Of a stretch of DNA of 64,000 bases, positions 52,547-61,769 are shown piece after piece. The stretch lies in sequence record NC_018087.3; one strand, written 5' to 3'. The translations under genes were made by a program, and so were the position numbers. Every line of letters begins with the position of its first letter. Positions within the stretch are counted from its first letter, which is position 1. The stretch comes from Acinetobacter phage ZZ1. The notes below the pieces were generated by a model. It was not told the origin of the DNA and searched no databases. It saw only the letters and a program-made list of their open reading frames with translations.

Positions 52547-52861
52547 ATATTCCTTTTCATCAACATAAAATTCAATGTATTTTTCAACATCTTTAGAAGT
52601 TGCATATGCTATTACAACACCGTGCTTAAAGTCAAGTTCTTTGACTAAAAGACGTTCATGCCAAGGATCAACGGCCCAACCAAATGGAAATTTACGATAT
52701 GGACAAACAAAGTGAACATTACGTTCTTCAATTCCGTTAAACATTAAACCGGGTGAACCAACAAATTGAACAACCCAACGTTCAGACGTATTACGTACTG
52801 TTGGTACGTCACATGTTAATTTTGTAGTTTCTGCACGAAATGAATTAACTTTGTTTGTCAT
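52541..52861 (-). CDS. hypothetical protein
   Basis: 106-aa ORF. Confidence 0.4.
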   Translation of the reverse strand: MTNKVNSFRAETTKLTCDVPTVRNTSERWVVQFVGSPGLMFNGIEERNVHFVCPYRKFPFGWAVDPWHERLLVKELDFKHGVVIAYATSKDVEKYIEFYVDEKEYV

Positions 52862-52884
52862 ATCAATTTTCTCACTTTTAAAAT

Positions 52885-53175
52885 TTAGGAAAGTTGTTCA
52901 TCACATTCTTCGCAGACTGTCATTTCTGCAATTTGATTGTGAACACGTGTATCAGGAGAGCACCAACAATCACAGTTTTCACACAAGAATGTGTATGTTT
53001 CTAAGGTGTCATTGTAAATTACAGAGTCTCGTAAATCTGTATCAAGCCCTAACTCTGTCAAAACACGTTTATGTGTTCGACCAAAGTCATCACTACAACC
53101 TTCAAGTTCATCACGAATTTGTTCAAATTGTTCTTCAGTTGGTTGAATTAGATTTTCCATCATGTGCCTCATCAA
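52885..53175 (-). CDS. small Cys-rich protein (CENCDCWC...CEEC). Likely true start at the second ATG pair.
   Basis: 96-aa ORF. RBS GAGG sits before the internal MMENLIQ start. Confidence 0.4.
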   Translation of the reverse strand: MMRHMMENLIQPTEEQFEQIRDELEGCSDDFGRTHKRVLTELGLDTDLRDSVIYNDTLETYTFLCENCDCWCSPDTRVHNQIAEMTVCEECDEQLS

Positions 53176-53362
53176 TAGCTTCTAATAAAGTGCTCAACTT
53201 ATTTGTGCTTAAAGTTGTATGGCCATTTAATGACGGATGACCTTCATATGTTACCATTTTAGATGTGCACCCACATGCGCATGGTGTAAGAAGAGTTAGA
53301 ATTTGATATCCGCGGTAAAACAATTCACCTGTCGGTGAAACTTTCATTGTAACTGTACGCAT
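53135..53362 (-). CDS. small Cys-rich protein (CACGC motif)
   Basis: 75-aa ORF overlapping its downstream neighbour. Confidence 0.4.
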   Translation of the reverse strand: MRTVTMKVSPTGELFYRGYQILTLLTPCACGCTSKMVTYEGHPSLNGHTTLSTNKLSTLLEAIDEAHDGKSNSTN

Positions 53363-53433
53363 TTTAACTCCGGTACATTTAGTCGATAGAAGAATAATAT
53401 CATCATTTAATTAAGATGTAAACCTTCAAATAT

Positions 53434-53468
53434 GAAAAAGCCACAATTAAGTGGCTTTCTTTTTAACA
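53434..53468. terminator. bidirectional intrinsic terminator
   Basis: agccac-aattaa-gtggct hairpin between an A5 run and TTCTTTTT. Confidence 0.5.
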
Positions 53469-53626
53469 TCTGTATTTTTACAGCATGGTACGAAATGTGA
53501 AATGTATACACCCTGATCATGACAAGGACAATCACAGTGTTTAAGTTCTTCTTGAATACGGGCATTGCGCTTTTTGAAAAATACAGGCGCAATTATTGAT
53601 AAGATTTGAACTACTGGAATAGCCAT
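53447..53626 (-). CDS. small Cys-rich protein (CDCPCH...CC), 59 aa; not in ORF track
   Basis: Manual translation MAIPVVQILSIIAPVFFKKRNARIQEELKHCDCPCHDQGVYISHFVPCCKNTDVKKKAT. RBS GGAG upstream. Its start overlaps the upstream stop as TAATG. Confidence 0.45.
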   Translation of the reverse strand: MAIPVVQILSIIAPVFFKKRNARIQEELKHCDCPCHDQGVYISHFVPCCKNTDVKKKAT

Positions 53627-53796
53627 TATAATAACAACTCCGTTTCAGCTAAAATATTATCTTGCTCGCTTTCAGAAAAAGGCATTTCAGTTACATGTTG
53701 ATAACAATGGCCAGGATGAACCGGACCATACTCGGTTTCAATTACTAATGCATCGTCAATTGGGGCCTTACACACGGCACAAATACGTTGCTCCAT
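53626..53796 (-). CDS. small zinc-ribbon-like protein (CAVC...HPGHC), 56 aa; not in ORF track
   Basis: Manual translation MEQRICAVCKAPIDDALVIETEYGPVHPGHCYQHVTEMPFSESEQDNILAETELLL. RBS TAGGAG upstream. Confidence 0.45.
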   Translation of the reverse strand: MEQRICAVCKAPIDDALVIETEYGPVHPGHCYQHVTEMPFSESEQDNILAETELLL

Positions 53797-53847
53797 ATTA
53801 TTCTCCTAATTAAGCACCGATGGTGCTGTGGCTACGCCACAAAATAT

Positions 53848-53855
53848 TATTTATA
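53848..53855 (-). promoter_or_regulatory. late promoter TATAAATA (minus strand) for the small Cys-rich gene cluster
   Basis: plus-strand TATTTATA lies 52 bp upstream of the 53796 start. Confidence 0.4.
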
Positions 53856-54018
53856 AAATTATTTCCTTTATATATTAGATAAATTAGATACGCTTCTATA
53901 TTCTATCCCCTAGATATATCCCAATGGCGCAGCCCGCATTATACAAGTATGTTATCATAAAATAAAAGAAAAGCAAATTAATGCTATATAAATAGCATTC
54001 TGACTGATCGGAAATTGA

Positions 54019-54414
54019 TCAACGTCCAGCGCCAGATAATTGTAATTTCAATTGTTCTAGTGTATCAGGATTATCTAGGATACTGAATAAGACTGTTACG
54101 ATAATCGCATTGGCATCATATTGTGCTTGCACATCAACTGAAAGTCTAACAACCCTTGGTTCATATCGTCTAATTGCCGATGTAATACTTTTTTCAATAG
54201 TATTGGCTGTTAAAGGTGTCATATTTTCAAATAAGCTATCACCAATATCACATCCGAATTCTGGATCAAATGGTTTCGATCCTTTAGGTGTAGTAATAAT
54301 TCCAACTAAAGAATTTTTAACCGCTCGGGCCCCGACTGAAGATGACATGTCTCTATTCCATGCCATCTTCATATCGGGTGATATGTCTTTATACATATCA
54401 TTAATATTTTGCAT
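54019..54414 (-). CDS. 25: gp25 baseplate wedge (GPW/gp25 family)
   Basis: 131 aa versus 132 aa in T4. Synteny 25-26 on the opposite strand to 51-27. Confidence 0.75.
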   Translation of the reverse strand: MQNINDMYKDISPDMKMAWNRDMSSSVGARAVKNSLVGIITTPKGSKPFDPEFGCDIGDSLFENMTPLTANTIEKSITSAIRRYEPRVVRLSVDVQAQYDANAIIVTVLFSILDNPDTLEQLKLQLSGAGR

Positions 54415-55058
54415 TATAAAATCTCCATAAAGCTCTTAAACCCTTTTATAATATGAACATGTGATTTGCCACATGATTTACATTTAATTGGTACGGGTAA
54501 AACCGGTTTTGGTGTCAATAAAATATTTTTAATTTTTTGAAGATGATCTTCTGTTAATAATTCATATAAATCATTTAATTCAGTGTCATTTAAATCTTCA
54601 ATATTAATACGTTCTGTACCAATATAAATTGCCTCTATGCATTCAACAATCATTTTGGTAATATTATCATCAGCCCAAAGCTTTGGCCAACGTAGTTTTA
54701 ATTTAAATTTATCGATTGGATATAATTCTTCAATTGATACATCATTATAATCAATATAAGTATGGCTAACATTTAATTTAACACTTTGTGTATGTCCACA
54801 TTCGCATGTATAATCTTGCTGAACAATATCTTCATGTTCTGATGCTGCTATTAACATAATCAAAATTAATTCGGCTTGATGTTTTTCATTGTGCGTATAC
54901 GATGTATTGTTCATTAAAATATCGGAATATGCTTTTTTCAATAATTCGGAATCTGCATTTAGTTTTGCCAAATTTAATGCAGTATGTTCTCTCAATGTAT
55001 AAGTTTTAGCGTTAACAGATTCGGTATCAAGATTGATCGATAATTTTTTTTCAAACAT
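54414..55058 (-). CDS. 26: gp26 baseplate hub
   Basis: 214 aa versus 208 aa in T4. Confidence 0.65.
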   Translation of the reverse strand: MFEKKLSINLDTESVNAKTYTLREHTALNLAKLNADSELLKKAYSDILMNNTSYTHNEKHQAELILIMLIAASEHEDIVQQDYTCECGHTQSVKLNVSHTYIDYNDVSIEELYPIDKFKLKLRWPKLWADDNITKMIVECIEAIYIGTERINIEDLNDTELNDLYELLTEDHLQKIKNILLTPKPVLPVPIKCKSCGKSHVHIIKGFKSFMEIL

Positions 55059-55092
55059 GGTAATGTTCTGCCTATAAATGGGTATATATCTC

Positions 55093-55104
55093 TATTTATA
55101 AATA
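55093..55104. promoter_or_regulatory. overlapping divergent late promoters: TATTTATA for gene 26 (minus) and TATAAATA for gene 51 (plus)
   Basis: tatttataaata lies between the divergent gp26 and gp51 starts. Confidence 0.5.
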
Positions 55105-55125
55105 TTTTAATAAACGGAGACCTCT

Positions 55126-55880
55126 ATGGCTAATATTATTAGATGTAAATTACCAGACGGCGTTCATCGTTTCAAACCATTTACTGTTGCTGATTACCGT
55201 GACTTTTTACTGGTTAGAAATGATATGGTCAGTAAAGACGAAGAAGAACAAGAAGTTTTGGTGAATGAGCTTGCTGCAGATTATTTTGGTGAATACCCAG
55301 AATCATGGCAGCATTATTTTTTTTTCAAGCCTTTACGGGATCAATTGGTAAAACTAAAATTCCAATTGTATTTGAATGTCCTGTATGCGGCAAAAAAACA
55401 AAGCGATTATTTAATTTGTCTCAGGGACCTTTAGATAACCCTAAAGTACAGTTAAATGACGATACTTATATTTCATTTAAATTTCCAGAAAATTTAGAAG
55501 ACGAACCAAGTCAATTGATATTAAAAAATGTAGATAAAATTGAATATCAAGGTTCTACTTATAATTGGATGGAATTATCGAAAGAAACACAAGATGCAAT
55601 AATTTCAATGATTAATTTTGAAAAGTTTGAAGCTATTGTTAAAATGTTAAAGCCCCTGCATTTTGAAATGAAATTAAAGTGCTGTGAAGAACATACCTTG
55701 GTTTATGATGATTTATGTTCTATTTTTAAATTATTAATAAATCCTGACGAAGTATTTCCATTTTATGAAATTAATCATATCTTAATTAAAAATAATTATG
55801 ATATTAATTCAATTATGGCAATGCTTCCAGCAGAACGTTCAATTGCTTTATCTTTGATTGAAAAGGATAATAAAAAATGA
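55126..55880 (+). CDS. 51: gp51 baseplate hub assembly protein, interrupted by a frameshift in a T9 run (55317..55325)
   Basis: Frame 1 ORF 55126..55434 and frame 0 ORF 55305..55880 overlap at a T9 run. Joined length is ~251 aa versus 249 aa for T4 gp51. The downstream part contains CPVCGKK. Confidence 0.6.
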
Positions 55881-57466
55881 CAGTGCAACAAAAACCAGGA
55901 TATCCTAACGTTAGTATTAAGTTGTATGAAGATTATGATGCTTGGACGGATAATCGATTTGTAGAATTGGCTGCAACATTTACAACATTAACAATGCGTG
56001 ATGGTCTATACGGAAGAAACGAAGGTATCTTGCAATTTTATGATAATAAAAATATGCATATGAAAATGGATGGAGATCAAATTGTTCAGATTTCATTATC
56101 TAATGCAAATTCTAAAGATGTAGTAACTCGATTATATGGTGTTAAAGATAGTTCTGTTTCTGTTGATTCTAAAGGCGATAATATTATTGCGTTTAATTTA
56201 GCACCCTTACATGTTGTTGAAAATGTGTTATTTAGCAGAGCATTTTTTGCTAATGCTACTGAAACTATTCAAACTATGATCGATTCAATTTATCAGAAAC
56301 GTGCCGAGATTAAGCCTAAAGTAGAAGGTATTAACATTTATGTACCTCGTGTTGCTTGGGTTAATGGTATTACTGAATATATGGATTATGTTCGTGAAAT
56401 TGGTATTTCTGTTGATTCGGAAACACATGCCTTTGTTTGGGAAGATATTTCTGGTATTAATATTACTGATTATAAATTTTTAATTGATCAAAAACCTCGC
56501 GTTATGGTTGTCGGGGATCAAAAACAAGTCGGTTCTTATGTTCAGCATATGGAATATGGTCTGGCTTATGATTTTACATGGTTAACTAAAACAAATCGCA
56601 ATATACGCAACCCTTTAACTGATGTTACAATATATTCACATTCATTTAATGATAAAGAAATTCAGCGTATTTCAATTGGAGAAGGTACAAATACTGTTGT
56701 TGTATCTCGTTCTGGTGGATATTCTGAAATGACATATCGTAATGGATATGAAGAGGCCTTTAGATTATTAACAATGGCCCAATATGATGGTTATGCTACA
56801 TGCAAATTAGTTGGTGATTTTACTTTAACGCCTGGTGTCAAATTGAATTTCGGCGATCGTAAAAATCAATTCGCTACTGATTTTTATATTGATGAAGTCG
56901 TACATGTTATTACAAATAATTCATCAGAGACACATTTATACATGTTTACTAATGGTAAAGACTTAGTTCCTGTTGAAATTGAAAAAATTAAAAATGAAAT
57001 CGAAACTATCACACCGCCTTCAGATACAACACAACCAGAAGCGATGGGTGATAAGAAAGGTGCTCAATGGGATTTAGATAAATTGGCCGAAGTTGTCACA
57101 AGAAATGCTCAAGGACGTAAAGCTACTGGTAAATGTGCATTGTATGTTCGTAAGGCATTACAGGCAGCACAATTGCAAAGTTTCTTTGCCGGTGGTTTAG
57201 GAAATGCAAATGAAATGGCTAAACCTCTTGAAAATATGGGCTGGATTGCTGTTGGTCAAAATGTTAAAAACGTTAAAAAAGGCGATATTTCAATATTCAT
57301 GAAAACTAATACCCCATTAGGTTCACAGTATGGACATATTGCGATCTTTAATGGAAGTCAATGGGTGTCAGATTTTATTCAAAATAGTGTACAACCTAAT
57401 TCAAAAGATAACTTAACTTATACAGTTTATAGAGCACGTTATGGTTATAGTGCGGGAGGTAATTAA
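55877..57466 (+). CDS. 27: gp27 baseplate hub with C-terminal CHAP (Cys/His amidohydrolase-peptidase) domain
   Basis: 529 aa versus 391 aa in T4. The ~135-aa C-terminal extension TGKCALYVRKAL...GDISIF...YGHIAIFNG matches the CHAP/NlpC-P60 Cys...GD...GH pattern. Confidence 0.65.
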   Translation: MTVQQKPGYPNVSIKLYEDYDAWTDNRFVELAATFTTLTMRDGLYGRNEGILQFYDNKNMHMKMDGDQIVQISLSNANSKDVVTRLYGVKDSSVSVDSKGDNIIAFNLAPLHVVENVLFSRAFFANATETIQTMIDSIYQKRAEIKPKVEGINIYVPRVAWVNGITEYMDYVREIGISVDSETHAFVWEDISGINITDYKFLIDQKPRVMVVGDQKQVGSYVQHMEYGLAYDFTWLTKTNRNIRNPLTDVTIYSHSFNDKEIQRISIGEGTNTVVVSRSGGYSEMTYRNGYEEAFRLLTMAQYDGYATCKLVGDFTLTPGVKLNFGDRKNQFATDFYIDEVVHVITNNSSETHLYMFTNGKDLVPVEIEKIKNEIETITPPSDTTQPEAMGDKKGAQWDLDKLAEVVTRNAQGRKATGKCALYVRKALQAAQLQSFFAGGLGNANEMAKPLENMGWIAVGQNVKNVKKGDISIFMKTNTPLGSQYGHIAIFNGSQWVSDFIQNSVQPNSKDNLTYTVYRARYGYSAGGN

Positions 57467-58026
57467 TGCAAGGTATTCATTTAAATATTGTACCGGAAAC
57501 TAAACAGCTAAATGTAAACGGTAAAACTATTAAAGTCCCAAAGCTGGGACTTAAGCATAGATTACTTTTAAAGCCAAATGAAAATCATGAAGAGTCAATG
57601 AAAACATTATTAGCTTCTATTGCTCCTAATTTATCCATGGCAGAGCGTGATCTATTAACTATACATTTACTAGCGTATAATGGTAAGATTCCAAATACGG
57701 TCATTAAGGACGGTCATACGTATTCTATTGAAGATGTGTATATATGCCAGAAATTAAAATTCACATATGGTGATTACGAGTTCAAATTTAGATCACCTAC
57801 ATTTGAACTTTTGAAAGGTCCGGCCGATATACTGCTAAGTCAATGTTGTGTATATGTTAAAAAGAATGATGAAAAAATACAAGTGCCTGATTTTATGGAT
57901 TTGCCTCCATTTGTCATTAATTGGGTGGAACAAATTACAAAAACGATTGCTATTGATGGTCCAAACGGACCAATTAAAGGCCTTTATGAATTAGTGGAGT
58001 TATTCGATGGACCAACCAGCTCGTAA
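57466..58026 (+). CDS. 28: gp28 baseplate hub distal subunit
   Basis: 186 aa versus 177 aa in T4. Confidence 0.65.
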   Translation: MQGIHLNIVPETKQLNVNGKTIKVPKLGLKHRLLLKPNENHEESMKTLLASIAPNLSMAERDLLTIHLLAYNGKIPNTVIKDGHTYSIEDVYICQKLKFTYGDYEFKFRSPTFELLKGPADILLSQCCVYVKKNDEKIQVPDFMDLPPFVINWVEQITKTIAIDGPNGPIKGLYELVELFDGPTSS

Positions 58027-59764
58027 TATTAATAGCTTGCGTAGACAGGCTATTCCTGCCGCAAATGATGAAAACTTATCAGAAACTAGTTCATTACGTC
58101 GCGAAGTGCTTTTGGCCAATCAGACTAAAGCACAACAAATGCAAGCTGAAGCCGCAAATGATGAGGTAACAGAGTCTGAACGCCAAACGGAAGCATCTGA
58201 AACCCAAGTTAAACAAAATATTGATCAAATTGTAAATCAAAAAACTCAAATTGATCAAGGTGCTATAGGTAATTTATCATTATCAGAGATTTCATCTAAT
58301 ACGGGTGAAATGAATATTAAATTAGCCGCTTTAAGCGAACGACTTAAAGAAAAATATGAGGCTGCTAATGATGCTACTGTTGATTTACCGGTTAAGGCCG
58401 AAGAACCTACTACATCAGAAAGTTTAAGTAGTAGAATTTCACCCGAAGACACAAATAACAATGTTATTCCTTCAGTAGTAGCCGATGACCCAAAGCCATC
58501 AAAAGATCTTTTAGAAAGTACCAATGAAGTTAAAGGTGCACCCTCATTAGGGCCGGCTGCAATGATTGTCTCAGGACTTCAAACTTTAACAGGTGCAGTT
58601 AAAACAGGCTTTGCTAAATCCAAATCTGTTAGTGATAAAATTGCGGGTATGCTTTTTAAATATACTGTAACTCAAGCCGTCAATGCTGCTAAAATTGCTT
58701 TGGCTGTATTTGGAATTATCTTAGCGTTAGATTTACTTAAAATGGCATGGAATGCCTGGGGCGAAAAAATAATGGCTAAGTTTGAAGAATGGACTCAAAC
58801 GTTTTCTAAATGGTGGGATAATTTTAAAGAATGGTCTACATATTTTTCTGATATGAAATATGCCTTTGAGGGTATGCAAGGCGATTTAATGGGTATCAGA
58901 AATGCTTGGGAATCTGGCGATTGGCCTGCATTAGCTTCTGCAATTGGCACTGCTTTTGTGGATGGGATAAAAACTTTAAGTGGTATTATGGATCGAGTGA
59001 TAACAAAATTAATCGCTACAATTTTGAATAAACTTGGGTTTAAAGACACTGCAAAATCTATCGAAGCTGAAGGCTTGCAAAGATATCAGAATATGACTAA
59101 TAATAAGTTAGACCCTGAAAATCAGCAAAAACTGGCAGAAGAACAACTTAAACGTGAAAAGAAAGACGGTCTTACTTCTACTCAAAGAGGCGTAACATCA
59201 TTTTTACCAGATTCATGGCGAGAGAAACTCGGTTTTATTACTAAAAATGAGCATTCTCAAATTGAAGCTGAAAAGAAAGACCAGAAGGCTCGACAATCTC
59301 TTAGTAAAGATGATCAAGTTAAAGTGGTTGCTGCTAGTAATGAAGCCAGAGAAGCTGTGGCTAGATTAGAAAATATTGCAGTCAATGCTGATCCAAATAA
59401 TAAAGGCCAAATGGCTACTTTGGATAAATACAGAAAAGAAGCTCAAAATTATATAAATAATCCTGCTTTGTCAAAATCACCTAATGTTAAAGCTGAATTA
59501 CAAAATCAATTAGATCGTTTGACACCAAAACAATCTGTCAAAAATACAGTAACGCCTGAAACATCAACTGCGAGCAAAGACGTTCAAACAGCAAAAAATA
59601 TTCAAATTGCAGAAGCCCAAAAGGCTAAAACAAATGCTGTTCAGAACAATAATACAGCAAATGTTCAGAACAATATTGTTAAATCTAGTCGACAATATAA
59701 TGTTCAAGCCCCTATTACAGGTACTGCGGCACCAGGTATTTTTAAGGCAACAGGTGTAAATTAA
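58007..59764 (+). CDS. 29: gp29 baseplate hub / tail length tape measure
   Basis: 585 aa versus 590 aa in T4. Low-complexity helical Q/A/K/E-rich sequence. Confidence 0.75.
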   Translation: MDQPARNINSLRRQAIPAANDENLSETSSLRREVLLANQTKAQQMQAEAANDEVTESERQTEASETQVKQNIDQIVNQKTQIDQGAIGNLSLSEISSNTGEMNIKLAALSERLKEKYEAANDATVDLPVKAEEPTTSESLSSRISPEDTNNNVIPSVVADDPKPSKDLLESTNEVKGAPSLGPAAMIVSGLQTLTGAVKTGFAKSKSVSDKIAGMLFKYTVTQAVNAAKIALAVFGIILALDLLKMAWNAWGEKIMAKFEEWTQTFSKWWDNFKEWSTYFSDMKYAFEGMQGDLMGIRNAWESGDWPALASAIGTAFVDGIKTLSGIMDRVITKLIATILNKLGFKDTAKSIEAEGLQRYQNMTNNKLDPENQQKLAEEQLKREKKDGLTSTQRGVTSFLPDSWREKLGFITKNEHSQIEAEKKDQKARQSLSKDDQVKVVAASNEAREAVARLENIAVNADPNNKGQMATLDKYRKEAQNYINNPALSKSPNVKAELQNQLDRLTPKQSVKNTVTPETSTASKDVQTAKNIQIAEAQKAKTNAVQNNNTANVQNNIVKSSRQYNVQAPITGTAAPGIFKATGVN

Positions 59765-59774
59765 GGTTAATTAT

Positions 59775-60857
59775 ATGCAAGTTAAAGAGTTAACAAGTGA
59801 CTTTATGGCCAAAGCCGGTAGTATTATTTCTGCCGGGCAAAGTCAAAAGTCGAAAGAAACAAAAACTAAAATTATGACCGCTCAGTTTCCAGCTGAGCGT
59901 GCTGCTAGTGTTGATACAACAAATGCTGCGGAAGTAGGACAAAATTATCAAAATGGCTTACTTTTTACTGCATACGAGTACACATCTAGAACAACACCTG
60001 ATTTAAGATCAATGCGACAACGTGTTCAAAAATCATACAAAGTTTTAGAAAGTACTCAAAAAATACTTTCTGCTGTTGCGGGAGTATCTGGCCAAACTGA
60101 AGGCCGTTCTACAAGTAAAGCACCAGTTGCAAATATTTTAATGCCTAGATCAAAAACAGATTCAGATAATACATCTCATAAATTTAATGATGTTGGAGAA
60201 TCTTTAATCACTCGTGGTAACGGTTCACCGACAGGTATTTTATCTAATATGGCATCAACTGCTGTATTTGGTGCAATTGAATCTGCAACACAAGGCGCAA
60301 TGGCTGATCATGGTGAACAAATCTATAACACATCAAGATCAATGTATGCAGGCGCTGAAAATCGTACTAAAACATATTCTTGGGATTTAACACCAAGAAC
60401 ACCAGAAGATTTAAGCCAAATTTTAAAGATTTATGAAATTTTTAATTATCTGTCATATGGTATGACCGGCAATTCGGCTTTTGCAAAATCAATTAAAGAT
60501 GAAATTGATAATTGGTATAAGAAGACATTTATTAAGCCAATTAATGATGCGACCGGAACAACAACACAGTCAACCGTAATGGAATCAGTTACAAGCTTTT
60601 TATCCAATGTAATTGTTGTTTCAAATCCAACAGTATGGTTTATTCAAAATTTTGGTACGCAATCAAAATATGATGGTCTTGCCGATATTTTTGGACCAGC
60701 CCAGATTTCTAATATTAGATTTGAAAAGACATCTGATGGTAATTTTAATGGGTTGGCCATTGCACCAAATATGCCTTCAACTTTTGTGTTGGAAGTTACA
60801 TTTCGTGAAATTCTTACTCTTAATAGAGCATCATTATATGGTGAGGACGTATTATGA
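59775..60857 (+). CDS. 48: gp48 baseplate-tail tube junction protein
   Basis: 360 aa versus 364 aa in T4. Confidence 0.7.
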   Translation: MQVKELTSDFMAKAGSIISAGQSQKSKETKTKIMTAQFPAERAASVDTTNAAEVGQNYQNGLLFTAYEYTSRTTPDLRSMRQRVQKSYKVLESTQKILSAVAGVSGQTEGRSTSKAPVANILMPRSKTDSDNTSHKFNDVGESLITRGNGSPTGILSNMASTAVFGAIESATQGAMADHGEQIYNTSRSMYAGAENRTKTYSWDLTPRTPEDLSQILKIYEIFNYLSYGMTGNSAFAKSIKDEIDNWYKKTFIKPINDATGTTTQSTVMESVTSFLSNVIVVSNPTVWFIQNFGTQSKYDGLADIFGPAQISNIRFEKTSDGNFNGLAIAPNMPSTFVLEVTFREILTLNRASLYGEDVL

Positions 60858-61744
60858 AAAATACTGCTATTGCATTTACACTTGATGAATTCAATAATCA
60901 AATTGGTAATTTTGATTTTCAACGTACCAATATGTTTTCTATGCATTTTGCAACTCGTCCAGCATCAAAGTCACAAGAATATCTAGGTACAATTTCACAA
61001 AAATCAAATGATAGCATTATGTCTACTCTTGAGGCTATGGGAGTTACAAACGATAGTATCCAAAATGCAATTGCATCTATAATTACAATAGGTACTCAAA
61101 AGATTGTAAGAAAATCTGGTGTAACTAAAATACTTATGGGTGCAATGACTAATCGTGTTGTTCAGTCTCTTTTAGGTGAATTAAAAGTTGGAACATATTT
61201 GCTTGATTACTTTGATCAAGCATTTCCAACATCAGGTTTAATGGTTCAATCTTGTAAAATACCTGATAACCATTTAAATTATGAAATGGACCGTCAGCAT
61301 AATGCACCCAATATCAAAATTACAGGTCGTGATTTTGAGCCTCTTGTTATAACTTTCCGTATGGATGCGACTGCATCCAACCATCGAGCAATGAATGATT
61401 GGGTAAATGCAGTTGAGGACCCTATTACTGGCCTTAGAGCTTTACCTATTGATGTAGAAGCAGATATCCAGATCAATCTACATAATAGAAAAGGATATCC
61501 TCACACGGCATATATGTTTTCTGGGTGTATTCCAATGATTGTAGGAGGTCCGCAAGTATCATATGAAGATAATAATCAAATTACAACATTTGACGTTACT
61601 TTTGCTTATAGATCAATGCAAGCAGGTGCAGTAGGATTAGAAGCTGCAAGAGCATGGATGGAAGACACAACTATTGATATTTCAAAAGGTCAAGTGAGCC
61701 CCAATATGAATGCAATCCCGCCACAGCAATCAAGATTGCGTTAA
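60854..61744 (+). CDS. 54: gp54 baseplate tail tube initiator
   Basis: 296 aa versus 320 aa in T4. Confidence 0.7.
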   Translation: MKNTAIAFTLDEFNNQIGNFDFQRTNMFSMHFATRPASKSQEYLGTISQKSNDSIMSTLEAMGVTNDSIQNAIASIITIGTQKIVRKSGVTKILMGAMTNRVVQSLLGELKVGTYLLDYFDQAFPTSGLMVQSCKIPDNHLNYEMDRQHNAPNIKITGRDFEPLVITFRMDATASNHRAMNDWVNAVEDPITGLRALPIDVEADIQINLHNRKGYPHTAYMFSGCIPMIVGGPQVSYEDNNQITTFDVTFAYRSMQAGAVGLEAARAWMEDTTIDISKGQVSPNMNAIPPQQSRLR

Positions 61745-61769
61745 ATAAATTTAAATTGGAGAATATAAA

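Noticed and set aside
53407-53592. 61-aa minus ORF (MRLYFSKSAMPVFKK...)
   Set aside because: A different frame of the same region encodes a 59-aa Cys-rich protein (53447..53626). That frame has an RBS and a start/stop overlap with its neighbour. The listed frame looks like low-complexity read-through.
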